A stretch of DNA of 64,000 nt from a candidate division WOR-3 bacterium. Lineage in GTDB: Bacteria; Hydrothermota; 32-111. The notes below the pieces were generated by a model. The model ran no database searches, was not told where the DNA came from, and saw only the letters and a program-made list of their open reading frames with translations. The stretch lies in the NCBI GenBank assembly GCA_039804105.1, contig JBDRZU010000001.1, positions 512,001-576,000 on the forward strand, given 5' to 3'. A program made the translations under genes and the position numbers. This document shows positions 29,582 through 44,603 of the stretch, piece by piece (position 1 is the first letter of the stretch; every line of letters starts with the position of its first letter).

Positions 29582-30691
29582 ATGAAATCTATTGTTTTAG
29601 GTGGAGGAAGGCAGGGAATCGCATGTGGTGAATTCCTTTTTAAAAAAAATGTTGATGTAACTTTTGTAGATATCAACAATGAAAATCTGAACTATCTCTC
29701 TCAACTTGGTTTTAAAACTATCAAAGAAAATATTGATTCTACTGAAAAGGTAAACAAACTTTCAGAAGGATTCGACCTAATAATCTCCGCCTTACCTGCA
29801 AAACTTGGAAGAATCGCCCAAAAGGGAGCGATACTCGCACAAAAGAATATAGTTGATGTTTCATATTCTGAAAATGATCCTTTTGAACTTGATGAAGAAG
29901 CAAAAAAGGCAGGTATCACAATAATTCCAGATGCAGGAGTAGCACCTGGTTTGAGTAACCTTTTTGCAGGTAGAATATATAAAAGTTTTGAAAAATGTGA
30001 AAAGATAAAGATCTATGTTGGTGGAATGCCTGAAAAAAATATTCCACCTCTTGGATACACGATAACTTGGTCACCTGAAGATCTTATAGCAGAGTACGAA
30101 AGGGAAGTAAAAATTCTAAAAAATCGAAAAATTAAAATCGTTGAACCGCTGACAGGCGTTGAAAATGTGAAATTTAAAGGTTTTGAACAACTCGAAGGTT
30201 TTTATACAGATGGGTTAAGAACACTCTTAAACACTTTAAAAGATGTTAAAAATCTTGAAGAAAAAACTTTAAGATATAAAGGCCATATAGAAAAAATAAA
30301 ACTTTTAAAAGATCTGGGCTACTTTAAAGAGGAATTGAATGGAAAAAAACCAAAAGAGGTAACAATAGAAGTTTTGAAAAGTATTAAATATCCTCAGATA
30401 AAAGATGTCTTACTTTTAAGAGTAATAGGTGAAGGGAAAATAAATAAAAGGTGGAAAACCATCACATACGAACTTGTTGATCGAGGAGACGAAAAACATT
30501 CCGCAATGGAAAGAACAACAGGTTTTTCTCTTGGAATATTCTCTTATATTCTTTTAACAAATAAAATTGAAACAGGGGTTGTTCCACCAGAAGTCATCGG
30601 ATTTGATCAGAACAAGTTTAAAAAAATAATCTCATATCTCAAAGAATTGAACATAAAGGTAAAATTTAAAGATGAAAATAGTAGGAAGTGA
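29582..30691 (+). CDS. Saccharopine dehydrogenase / lysine 6-dehydrogenase family protein
   Basis: LGGGRQG, DAGVAPGLSN, YVGGMP, PPLGY.ITWS, FYTDGLRTL, KTLRYKGH, AMERTTG. Confidence 0.88.
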   Translation: MKSIVLGGGRQGIACGEFLFKKNVDVTFVDINNENLNYLSQLGFKTIKENIDSTEKVNKLSEGFDLIISALPAKLGRIAQKGAILAQKNIVDVSYSENDPFELDEEAKKAGITIIPDAGVAPGLSNLFAGRIYKSFEKCEKIKIYVGGMPEKNIPPLGYTITWSPEDLIAEYEREVKILKNRKIKIVEPLTGVENVKFKGFEQLEGFYTDGLRTLLNTLKDVKNLEEKTLRYKGHIEKIKLLKDLGYFKEELNGKKPKEVTIEVLKSIKYPQIKDVLLLRVIGEGKINKRWKTITYELVDRGDEKHSAMERTTGFSLGIFSYILLTNKIETGVVPPEVIGFDQNKFKKIISYLKELNIKVKFKDENSRK

Positions 30692-31703
30692 AAGAATCAT
30701 TTTTGATAATTTCAAAGAGAATTTTCAAGAACCTTTTCAAAATTTCAATTTTAGAAAAAAATATTTTTTTTCATCTGGAAGAGGTGCTTTAAAAAATGTT
30801 GCTTACTATTTAAAAGAAAACGGTTACAGGGTTCTTTTTCCAGATTATTTTTGTGAGGAGATGTTAAAACCCTTCCTCGATGAAAATCTAAGCATAAAAT
30901 TTTATAAGATCAAAAATAATCTATCGTCTGACATAGATTTTTTGAAAAAAGAAAAAAGTAAAAAGACAGCCATATTCATCACAGATTATTTTGGTTTTCA
31001 GGATGAAGAACTATTAAAATTATCAAAGGAAAAAGGATTTTTTACCGTAAGGGATATAACACATTCTTTTTTATCTGAATTTCAATTCTCTTCTTCAGAG
31101 ATGGTTGTTGGAAGTTTGAGAAAGATTTTTCCTGTCCCAGATGGTGGAGTGCTTTTTACAGACCTAAAAAATTTTAAAAAGATTAGAAAGAGTTCAGATG
31201 AAAATTATTATATAGGAAAAATCGTATCAAAACTATACAGAGAAATATTTGAAAATTATAGATATGAAAAAGATTATTTTGAAAAAATTTATGTTTACTA
31301 CTCACAGAAAAGTGAAAAAGAGATCGGTGACATACCAAAAAATATTTCGCGATTCTCTTTGAATTTTCTCAAAATTTATGATCATAAAAGATCATCACAA
31401 AAAAGAAGAGAAAATTTCAATTTTTTACTTACAGATGATTTTGTTTATGAAAAGGCAATTTTTAAATTTTTACCTGAAAATGTAGTTCCACAATCTTTTC
31501 CGCTAAAAATAGAAAACAGAGATTTTGTGAAATCAGAGATGCAAAAATATAAAATCTTTCTTCCAGTTCTATGGAGATGCCAGAACAAACTTTCTGCAAA
31601 AATTTTGAATATACCTGTTGATGAAGAATACTCTAAAAACGATCTCAAAAGAACAATAGAAAAAATAAAACTCGTTTTAAGGAGAAAAAATGAATATAAA
31701 TGA
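30672..31703 (+). CDS. Divergent DegT/DnrJ-like PLP-dependent sugar aminotransferase
   Basis: SSGRGAL, PDYFC, DYFG, DITHS, GSLRK (PLP Lys), PDGG, RRENF. Confidence 0.7.
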   Translation: MKIVGSERIIFDNFKENFQEPFQNFNFRKKYFFSSGRGALKNVAYYLKENGYRVLFPDYFCEEMLKPFLDENLSIKFYKIKNNLSSDIDFLKKEKSKKTAIFITDYFGFQDEELLKLSKEKGFFTVRDITHSFLSEFQFSSSEMVVGSLRKIFPVPDGGVLFTDLKNFKKIRKSSDENYYIGKIVSKLYREIFENYRYEKDYFEKIYVYYSQKSEKEIGDIPKNISRFSLNFLKIYDHKRSSQKRRENFNFLLTDDFVYEKAIFKFLPENVVPQSFPLKIENRDFVKSEMQKYKIFLPVLWRCQNKLSAKILNIPVDEEYSKNDLKRTIEKIKLVLRRKNEYK

Positions 31704-32721
31704 TTTTCTTATAGAAGAAAACTCAACTATATTAGAGTGCTTAAAAAAGTTAAACGAAAAAGGGGGAAAAATCCTTTTTCTTGTAGATGATAAAAAGAAA
31801 ACAAAAGGTTCTCTAACAGATGGTGACATCAGAAGAGCGTTGATAAAAGGATACAATGTTAACGATAAAGCAAAACAGATAGCAAAAAAGGATTTCATCT
31901 ATCTTTTAAAAGATTCAGAACACGAAGCAAAAAAGTTAATGGAAAAATTTAAAATAAAATTTGTTCCATTACTTGATAACAGAGGACGTATTTTGAAAAT
32001 TTTTGAATACGAAAAGGAAAGTGAGGATTTTTCAAACATAGCCGTACTCATAATGGCTGGTGGTAAAGGGAAAAGGTTGCGTCCATTAACTGAAAAAAAG
32101 CCAAAACCACTCCTTGAGATCGGAAATACAAGTTTAATTGAAAACATTATAGATAAGTTCATACTCGATGGTTTCAAAAATATTTATGTCTCTTTAAATT
32201 ACAAAAAAGAAATGATAGAAAAAAAACTTATTTCAAAATATCCTGATATTTTTGATCGAGCATCCTTTATAAAAGAGAAAAAGCCGCTTGGAACAGCAGG
32301 TGCTCTATTCTACATGAGAAATCTAAAAGAGGACACAGTAATCGTTCACAATGCCGATATCATAAGTGATATCGATTTTTCTTCAATAATCAAATACCAT
32401 AAAAAGAATAAGAATGATATCACATCTGTAGTTATCCCACAACATATAGAAATCGAATATGGAATAGTATCCGTAAATAGAAAAAAGATTTTGAATATCG
32501 TAGAAAAACCTGTTTTAAATTTTTTGATACTTTCCGGAATCAACATTTTTCAAAAAAATATTTTAAAAAATTTAAAAGATGATTTTATCAATATGGATGA
32601 ACTATTAAACAAAAAAATAGTTGAAAAGAAAAAAGTGGGTTATTTTTTACATAATGGATTCTGGTATGATGTTGGAAACAGAGAATCATATGAAAAAATT
32701 AGCAGAGTTTTTGGAGGATAG
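31690..32721 (+). CDS. CBS-domain sugar-phosphate nucleotidyltransferase (PtmE-like)
   Basis: GSLTDGDIRRAL in a CBS pair; MAGGKGKRLRPLT..KPKPL, PLGTAG, WYDVG. Confidence 0.9.
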   Translation: MNINDFLIEENSTILECLKKLNEKGGKILFLVDDKKKTKGSLTDGDIRRALIKGYNVNDKAKQIAKKDFIYLLKDSEHEAKKLMEKFKIKFVPLLDNRGRILKIFEYEKESEDFSNIAVLIMAGGKGKRLRPLTEKKPKPLLEIGNTSLIENIIDKFILDGFKNIYVSLNYKKEMIEKKLISKYPDIFDRASFIKEKKPLGTAGALFYMRNLKEDTVIVHNADIISDIDFSSIIKYHKKNKNDITSVVIPQHIEIEYGIVSVNRKKILNIVEKPVLNFLILSGINIFQKNILKNLKDDFINMDELLNKKIVEKKKVGYFLHNGFWYDVGNRESYEKISRVFGG

Positions 32722-33690
32722 ATGAAAAAAATCTTTATAACGGGGAGTTGTGGTTTCATCGGGAGTCATCTTGTAGAAAAATTATCACAAGATTTTAAAG
32801 TAAAGGCACTCGTTTACTATAACAGTTTCAACGATATTGGCAATTTAAAATTTTTAAAAAGTTTCAAAAACATTGAGATTGAAAAAGGTGATATCAGAGA
32901 TTATTCTCTCCTTTACGATTTAACAAAAGATGTTGATTGTATCATAAACCTTGCAGCGTTGATAACGATACCCTACTCTTTCAAAGCTGTTGATTCATAT
33001 ATCGATACCAACATAAAAGGTGTAAAAAATATACTTGAGATTTCAAAAACAAGAAAGATAAAGCACACAATAATAATGTCAACTTCCGAAGTTTATGGTA
33101 GTGCACAATATATTCCAATGGATGAAAAACATCCTTTAAACGCACAGTCACCTTATGCTGCAACAAAGATTGCTCAGGATCAATTAGCGATCTCATACCA
33201 CAGGGCTTTTGATCTGCCTGTAACGATCCTAAGACCATTCAATGTTTACGGGCCAAGACAATCTCTAAGATCTGTTATACCACAGATAATAATGCAATCG
33301 ATAAAATCGAATAAAATTAGAATTGGAAATCTCCATACAGAAAGAGATTTTACCTTCATAGATGACTTAACAGATGCTTTTAGAAAAATTGTTTACAATG
33401 AGAAAACCTATGGAAAAACTTTTAACATCTGTTCAGGTAAATCTTTTTCGATAAAACAAATAATAAAAACCATCGAAAGGATTTCCCAAAAAAATCTTGA
33501 AGTTGTTGTTGAAAATAAAAGGATCAGAAAATCTTCCTGTGAGGTTGAAAAACTTCTCGGGGATAACAGTTTTGCAAAAAAACTTATTGGATATGAACCA
33601 AAAACTTCGTTTGAGGAAGGAATTGAAAAAACATATATATGGTTTTTTCAGAATTCAAAGGATTTAGAAAAAATAGAATATGAAATATAA
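32722..33690 (+). CDS. NDP-sugar 4,6-dehydratase, LegB-like extended SDR
   Basis: GSCGFIGSHL, YNSFN, LAALITIPYS, STSEVYG, QSPYAATK, RPFNVYGPRQS. Confidence 0.88.
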   Translation: MKKIFITGSCGFIGSHLVEKLSQDFKVKALVYYNSFNDIGNLKFLKSFKNIEIEKGDIRDYSLLYDLTKDVDCIINLAALITIPYSFKAVDSYIDTNIKGVKNILEISKTRKIKHTIIMSTSEVYGSAQYIPMDEKHPLNAQSPYAATKIAQDQLAISYHRAFDLPVTILRPFNVYGPRQSLRSVIPQIIMQSIKSNKIRIGNLHTERDFTFIDDLTDAFRKIVYNEKTYGKTFNICSGKSFSIKQIIKTIERISQKNLEVVVENKRIRKSSCEVEKLLGDNSFAKKLIGYEPKTSFEEGIEKTYIWFFQNSKDLEKIEYEI

Positions 33691-33718
33691 GTAAGTGAGG
33701 GAATCCTCACTTACTTAT
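33687..33718. terminator. 14-bp perfect hairpin between convergent genes
   Basis: ATAAGTAAGTGAGG-GAAT-CCTCACTTACTTAT. Confidence 0.7.
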
Positions 33719-34160
33719 CAGAGATTTCAATATTTTTAACTTTTTCCTTTTCAACTTTTGGTAAAGTTATATTCAAAAGTCCATCTTTGAATGTTGCTTT
33801 AATATTCTCCTCATCAACTTTTTTCGGTAATGTCACAGATCTGTAGAATTTACCATACGATCTTTCAATTCTGTGGAAGGTTCTGCCCTTCTCCTCTTTT
33901 TCACTCTTTCTTTCCCCTTCTATGGTTAAAACATTGTTGTCTATCGAAAGGTTTATATCTTCTTTCTTCATCCCTGGAAGTTCAACTGTTACAAGAAATT
34001 CTTTGTCAGTTTCAGAAATGTCCATAGAAGGAGTCCAGTTTGATTCATAGTATGGTTGTAACATTTTCCCAAAAAATCTGTCATCGAAAAGTGAATCGAT
34101 TTCTTTTCTTAAATCAAACAGTTCTGAGAAAGGTGAAAATTTCTGAAGTTCCTTTTTCAT
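33711..34160 (-). CDS. Hsp20/alpha-crystallin small heat-shock protein
   Basis: PSMDISET, ELPGM, LTIEGER, ERSYGKFYRS, ATFKDGLLNITLPK; GGAGGTG SD before ATG 34160. Confidence 0.96.
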   Translation of the reverse strand: MKKELQKFSPFSELFDLRKEIDSLFDDRFFGKMLQPYYESNWTPSMDISETDKEFLVTVELPGMKKEDINLSIDNNVLTIEGERKSEKEEKGRTFHRIERSYGKFYRSVTLPKKVDEENIKATFKDGLLNITLPKVEKEKVKNIEISDK

Positions 34161-34245
34161 AACTCTCACCTCCTTCTAAGTTTATTTTTTTTTCTGGTCA
34201 ACTATAATTTAATTTTCAAACTTTCTTTGTCAAGACCTTAAAATA

Positions 34246-34273
34246 AAAAAGGGTGGCAAAAGCCACCCTTTTT
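34246..34273 (-). terminator. Intrinsic terminator of the minus-strand gdh
   Basis: AAAAAGGGTGGC-AAAA-GCCACCCTTTTT with A/U tracts on both sides. Confidence 0.85.
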
Positions 34274-34297
34274 AAAATAGTATTTTAAAATTTAAAC

Positions 34298-35656
<1,359 letters not shown>

Positions 35657-35678
35657 TTAAATTTGTAAAAACAGCCGT

Positions 35679-37143
<1,465 letters not shown>

Positions 37144-37167
37144 AAATTTATTTTTTAATCGTTTTGG

Positions 37168-37203
37168 AAAAGGGGGAGAGTTAAAAACTCTCCCCTCTTT
37201 TTT
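37168..37203 (+). terminator. Intrinsic terminator, possibly bidirectional
   Basis: GGGGAGAGTT-AAA-AACTCTCCCC followed by TCTTTTTT. Confidence 0.85.
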
Positions 37204-37221
37204 GAGGTATATGAGCGTTTT

Positions 37222-38436
37222 TTAGAGATTTTCAATAATATTTTTTAAAGAGGTTTTAACAATCTTTGATTTTATATTTTCCCCATCGAGAGTATAGATC
37301 TGATCCATTTTTTGATAGATCTCTTTCTGTATTATCGTTTCAACTTTTTTGGGTATCCTGTTTTTCCTTAACTCATCATAAAGGAGTATCTCTCCAGAAC
37401 ATGTGAATTCACATGGCAAAAGTTCAATACCTTTATTTTTTAAAATCATAAAATCTTCATCTGTAAATATCATCCTTCGACCTTCAACTACAAGTAATGT
37501 GTTCAGATTTGTTAAAAAGTCTTTTTTGAAAATATCTATATAAAAAATGGTAATATCCGATTTGATATTTTCAAAAGTGTAAAGATCTATTTTTTTGTAT
37601 CTTGTTTCATTTCTGTCCGAGAAATTTGAAAGATAATTTTTATAAAAATCATCGATTTCAATTCCATAAGGATCATAGAAAGAACCCTGATGTGTCAGAA
37701 TTCCAACGATGTTAAAACCTTCCTTTCTCAACATTTTTGAAATATAGTACGGTTTTTCTCCAAATCCATAAACAACAACAGATAGTTCATCGACATTTTT
37801 TCTTTTGAGTTCACAGAATTTTTTTATCGAATAATAAGTGGAAAGTTCATTTATCCTTTCAACATCTATCTCTTTTTTTATATCACTGTATTGGTCAACA
37901 AAACTTATCATTCTTTTTCTATCCTTTTCTTCATAATGAAAAGATTCACAGAAAATTTTTAAGTCGTTTAAATTTGAATTCAGATCTGAAGAGAAAAAAT
38001 TATTTTTCTCAAGAATTTCATTTTTTAAAAGTGATGAAAACATTTTAAAAAGTTCTTCCTTCTCTTCAATCGATAAATCGAAAGGATCAACAAGAATAGA
38101 AGAGAAACTTCCATTTACTGGTATTTCGAAAAGGGAGAACATTATCGTATTTAAAAGTGAAAATCTCCTAAAATAATCTATATCAAAATAAGGATGAATC
38201 CTTAGATTAGAAAATGTATCGTTATGCATCAAAAAATTATCCACTTTAACACCGGTTATATTTTTAAAATCACCACCTGCACTTTTTAAAGGTATATTCA
38301 CATATATCTCTTTATAATTCAAAAGATTTAACAAATATTCTTTTTCCTTTTCATTCAAATCGTCCAGAGAGGATTCAAGGATGTTTAAACTTTCCGTTTT
38401 TACTTTTATAACTTTTTCTTCAACCATACTTTTCAC
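37222..38436 (-). CDS. Glu/Leu/Phe/Val dehydrogenase-fold protein lacking catalytic residues (pseudo-GDH B)
   Basis: VNIPL..GDFKNITG, LRIHP, IPVNGSFSSILVDP.DLS..EKEEL, VVVYGFGEK, GSFYDPYGI, LVVEG, KGIELLP; GGGKGG and GPxKGG motifs lost. Confidence 0.8.
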   Translation of the reverse strand: MKSMVEEKVIKVKTESLNILESSLDDLNEKEKEYLLNLLNYKEIYVNIPLKSAGGDFKNITGVKVDNFLMHNDTFSNLRIHPYFDIDYFRRFSLLNTIMFSLFEIPVNGSFSSILVDPFDLSIEEKEELFKMFSSLLKNEILEKNNFFSSDLNSNLNDLKIFCESFHYEEKDRKRMISFVDQYSDIKKEIDVERINELSTYYSIKKFCELKRKNVDELSVVVYGFGEKPYYISKMLRKEGFNIVGILTHQGSFYDPYGIEIDDFYKNYLSNFSDRNETRYKKIDLYTFENIKSDITIFYIDIFKKDFLTNLNTLLVVEGRRMIFTDEDFMILKNKGIELLPCEFTCSGEILLYDELRKNRIPKKVETIIQKEIYQKMDQIYTLDGENIKSKIVKTSLKNIIENL

Positions 38437-39662
38437 CCATAAACGAGAGAAAACTTTTTTCTGTAATTTTCGAACGCTCTTGACAAAAATATTTCAAACA
38501 CTTTTTGCTCATCTTCAAGAAAAGAATCAAAATAAGACAAAACAAATTTAATATATGTTTCAAATCTTAATTCTATTTCATCAATACTCATCATCTCTTC
38601 CCTCTTTCTTTCAATTATCTCAAAATAATCAAAAATCTGATCAACAGAATCAAGAAGTAATGATGGTAAATAGATTATCTTTCTGTTAGTTAAATCTTTA
38701 ATACTCTGAAAAGATGTTGATAGATCCTCGAATTCGCCAAACAGACGACAGTTCACAAGTTTAGACATCGTTTCATTGAAATTATACTTTGTCCCAAATT
38801 CCAAAAATAGTTCGGTTTCCTTTTTTAATAGGTCGGTATAATCAATACAGTTTTGAGTTTCCTCTCTGTTTTCTATTATGTTTATATCGTTCCAGCAGAT
38901 CCCTTTCGAAGAATAATATGAGTAATCTTTCGAACCTATTCCAACAACAACAAAAAATTCATCTTTTACTATTTCCTTTAAAAAATCAAGTGATCTTTTA
39001 TTTATCGTATCGATGATAACTCTTACCCTGTTTCCTTTAAAAAAATATTTAACCAAACTTTTTAACCATAAAAGATCATATTTCTCTTTAACAATTTTTT
39101 TTCTTAATGGGTTTTTTAAAAGGAATTTAAATCTTTTTGATATTCTTGGCCTATCAAGGTTTTCGATCAGTTTTATTATCGAATCTTTTCGTTCCTCTTC
39201 ATAGTCATTGATTTTTAGATAATTCTGTTCATCAAGTATCTCTGAAAAATTTTTAACAAGAAGTGTTCCCAACTTTTTCTTTACCTTTTCATCCTGAAAA
39301 TTCACATTTTCATTTAGAATCAACCCAAGTGTAGAACCACCAAAAGGAATATCAAGAAATGAATATTTTAAAGAAGAGTAAAAAGATTTTAAAAATAGAT
39401 TCTCAAAATCTTCCTCTTTCTCAAAAAAAAGTGAAGTTACATCGGTTTCATTTAAAAAGTTGTGTTTTATAAAAATTGATTTCAAAGTTAAGCGTTCTTT
39501 GTCCTTCAAAAGATGTTCGGAATTTCTAACAACCTTCGATGGTCTGATAAGGATAGCGCGCATATCCTTATCAAAAGTTGTTTTCTCAATAAGTTCTCTG
39601 AATCCCCTGACTCTTAAAAGATCTTCATCTTTAAGGTAAGAAGAATAGTTTAAAATATCCAT
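38433..39662 (-). CDS. Glu/Leu/Phe/Val dehydrogenase-fold protein lacking catalytic residues (pseudo-GDH A)
   Basis: LIRPSKVV, LKYSFLDIPFGGSTLG (cf. WKxAxxDLPYGGGKGG), VNCRLFGE, IIYLPSLL..DYFE; catalytic Lys and GxGxxG lost. Confidence 0.75.
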   Translation of the reverse strand: MDILNYSSYLKDEDLLRVRGFRELIEKTTFDKDMRAILIRPSKVVRNSEHLLKDKERLTLKSIFIKHNFLNETDVTSLFFEKEEDFENLFLKSFYSSLKYSFLDIPFGGSTLGLILNENVNFQDEKVKKKLGTLLVKNFSEILDEQNYLKINDYEEERKDSIIKLIENLDRPRISKRFKFLLKNPLRKKIVKEKYDLLWLKSLVKYFFKGNRVRVIIDTINKRSLDFLKEIVKDEFFVVVGIGSKDYSYYSSKGICWNDINIIENREETQNCIDYTDLLKKETELFLEFGTKYNFNETMSKLVNCRLFGEFEDLSTSFQSIKDLTNRKIIYLPSLLLDSVDQIFDYFEIIERKREEMMSIDEIELRFETYIKFVLSYFDSFLEDEQKVFEIFLSRAFENYRKKFSLVYG

Positions 39663-39668
39663 AGAATC

Positions 39669-39986
39669 TTATCTGTATTCTTCACAATGCCATACACCAC
39701 TTTCAGGTTTTTCAAATTTGCAATCGATTTTGTTTTCACAGTTTGCACACAGACCTATTTTCAGATCATATCCTTTTACTTTTGAAACAAAATTTTCTTT
39801 TAAGTCACCCTTTGTTTTTTCAACTGTTGTTTCCACGTTTTCAAACTCTTCACAACTGATTATTGATTTCGTCGAGTTCTGAAGAAAGATACATGATTTG
39901 CTATTTTTACATGTTACACAGAGTCCTTCAAAATCTTTCAAACCTGTTTCCTTCTTTTCTTCGATTCTTTCTTTTATCGTCATCAT
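39669..39986 (-). CDS. Small protein with two 4-Cys repeats (putative Fe-S or Zn binding)
   Basis: GLCVTCKNSKSC..CEEF and GLCANCENKIDC..CEEY; AGGAGG SD. Confidence 0.8.
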   Translation of the reverse strand: MMTIKERIEEKKETGLKDFEGLCVTCKNSKSCIFLQNSTKSIISCEEFENVETTVEKTKGDLKENFVSKVKGYDLKIGLCANCENKIDCKFEKPESGVWHCEEYR

Positions 39987-40017
39987 AAGACCTCCTTTTC
40001 TTTTTTACAATTTATAG

Positions 40018-40033
40018 AGCAATAAGTATGCCA
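40018..40033 (-). promoter_or_regulatory. sigma54 (-24/-12) promoter
   Basis: TGGCATACTTATTGCT: GG-N10-GC spacing, one mismatch to TGGCAC-N5-TTGCW; about 30 nt upstream of the Cys-protein start. Confidence 0.85.
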
Positions 40034-40110
40034 AAAATCAAAAAAACAAATAAGTTATTATTTGAAGGTATGTTATTTCTTTTGAAAAGAAAATTTTAAT
40101 TTAAATTCAG

Positions 40111-40145
40111 TGGGGATTTTCTCCTCAATGGGGAGATTTTACTCT
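40111..40145. promoter_or_regulatory. Putative tandem enhancer (UAS) for the adjacent sigma54 activator
   Basis: TGGGGATTTTCTCCTCA (imperfect palindrome) and related TGGGGAGATTTTACTCT, 18 bp apart, 80-110 bp upstream of the -24 element. Confidence 0.55.
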
Positions 40146-41490
40146 TCTTCGATCTCGATCTGGCATTTTTTCAACTTCTCTCTCAGTGTTTTTCTATCGA
40201 TTCCAAGAATTTCGCTCGTTTTTGTTTTATTCCTTCCCTGACTCTCATAAACATCTCTTATGTATTCACATTCGACCTCTGAAAGTTTTCTTGTTAGGTC
40301 TGTTTTATAGGGTAAATTGAATCTCATCAAAGATGGGAGATCTGGGACATCTATAATGTTGTCCTCTTTCATTATAATCAATCTTTGTATTACATTTTCA
40401 AGTTCTCTTACATTACCTGGCCAGAAATACTCACTTAAACTTTTAACAGCATTTTCTGTGAAAATGGGCTTTTCCTTTCCAAGTTCTTTACTATATTTTG
40501 TTGCAAAATGTTCAAGAAGCAATGGGATATCTTCCCTTCTCTCTCTTAATGGAGGTATTTCAATGTTGATAACATTTAACCTGAAATAAAGATCCTCTCT
40601 AAAAATTCCTTTTTTAACAAGTTCTTCAAGGTTTTTGTTCGTAGCACAGATAACTCTCACATCTATTTTTTGAGGTTTTCTTGATCCGATCATGTAAACG
40701 GTTTTATCCTGAAGAACTCTTAAAAGTTTTACTTGCATCGATAAACTCGTTTCTCCGATTTCATCAAGGAATATGGTTCCACCATCTGCTGTCTGGAAGA
40801 AACCTGCTCTTGTTTCGTTTGCACCAGTAAAAGATCCCTTCACATAACCAAAAAGTTCACTTTCAAGCAATTCTTCGGGTATACCTCCACAGTTAACCGG
40901 AACAAAACTCTGGCTCGCTCTTGGTGATGAATAGTGTATCGCTCTTGCAACCATCTCTTTGCCTGTACCACTCTCACCTGTTATCAAAACCGTTGCTGAT
41001 GTTTGTGATGCTTTATTGATAAGTTCAAAAACTTTTTTCATTTTATCACTGTTACCTAAAATTCCATGGTAAACAGGTAAATTAGTTTTATCTTCTTTGT
41101 TTAACACATTTTTAATTTTGAGTTTAAAAAGGACTTTCTCTACTGTTGCAAACAGTTCATCATCTGTGAAAGGTTTTGGTAAAAACTCACTCACACCTGT
41201 CTTTACAGCATCAACCGCACTTTCGATCGATGGATAACCTGTGATCATAATAATCTCAACATTTTTATAATTCTCTTTTATGTATCTTGTAAAAGCAATT
41301 CCATCAATATCAGGCATTCTTAGATCTGTTATCACAAGATCTATATCATTGTTTTTCAAAATTTCAGATCCTTTTATCGGTGAGGTTGCTGTAAAAGTTA
41401 TATATCCTGCCTGTTGAAGGTTTCTACTCACAAGTTCGATGCTATCCTTAACATCATCAACAATCAGAATCTTATATTTTTTCTCTTCCA

Positions 41491-41494
<4 letters not shown>
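40139..41494 (-). CDS. NtrC-family sigma54-dependent response regulator
   Basis: REC (VDD, TDLRMP, KP), GESGTGKE, ESELFG..GSFTGA, LDEIG, WPGNVREL, Fis-type HTH. Confidence 0.96.

Positions 41495-44603
<3,109 letters not shown>

Noticed and set aside
34170..34245. CIRCE, CtsR or HAIR operator upstream of hsp20
   Set aside because: Only isolated GTCAA half-sites; no full operator
37222..39662. Calling the GDH-like ORFs pseudogenes
   Set aside because: Full length, no stops or frameshifts, coupled, and downstream of an intact promoter
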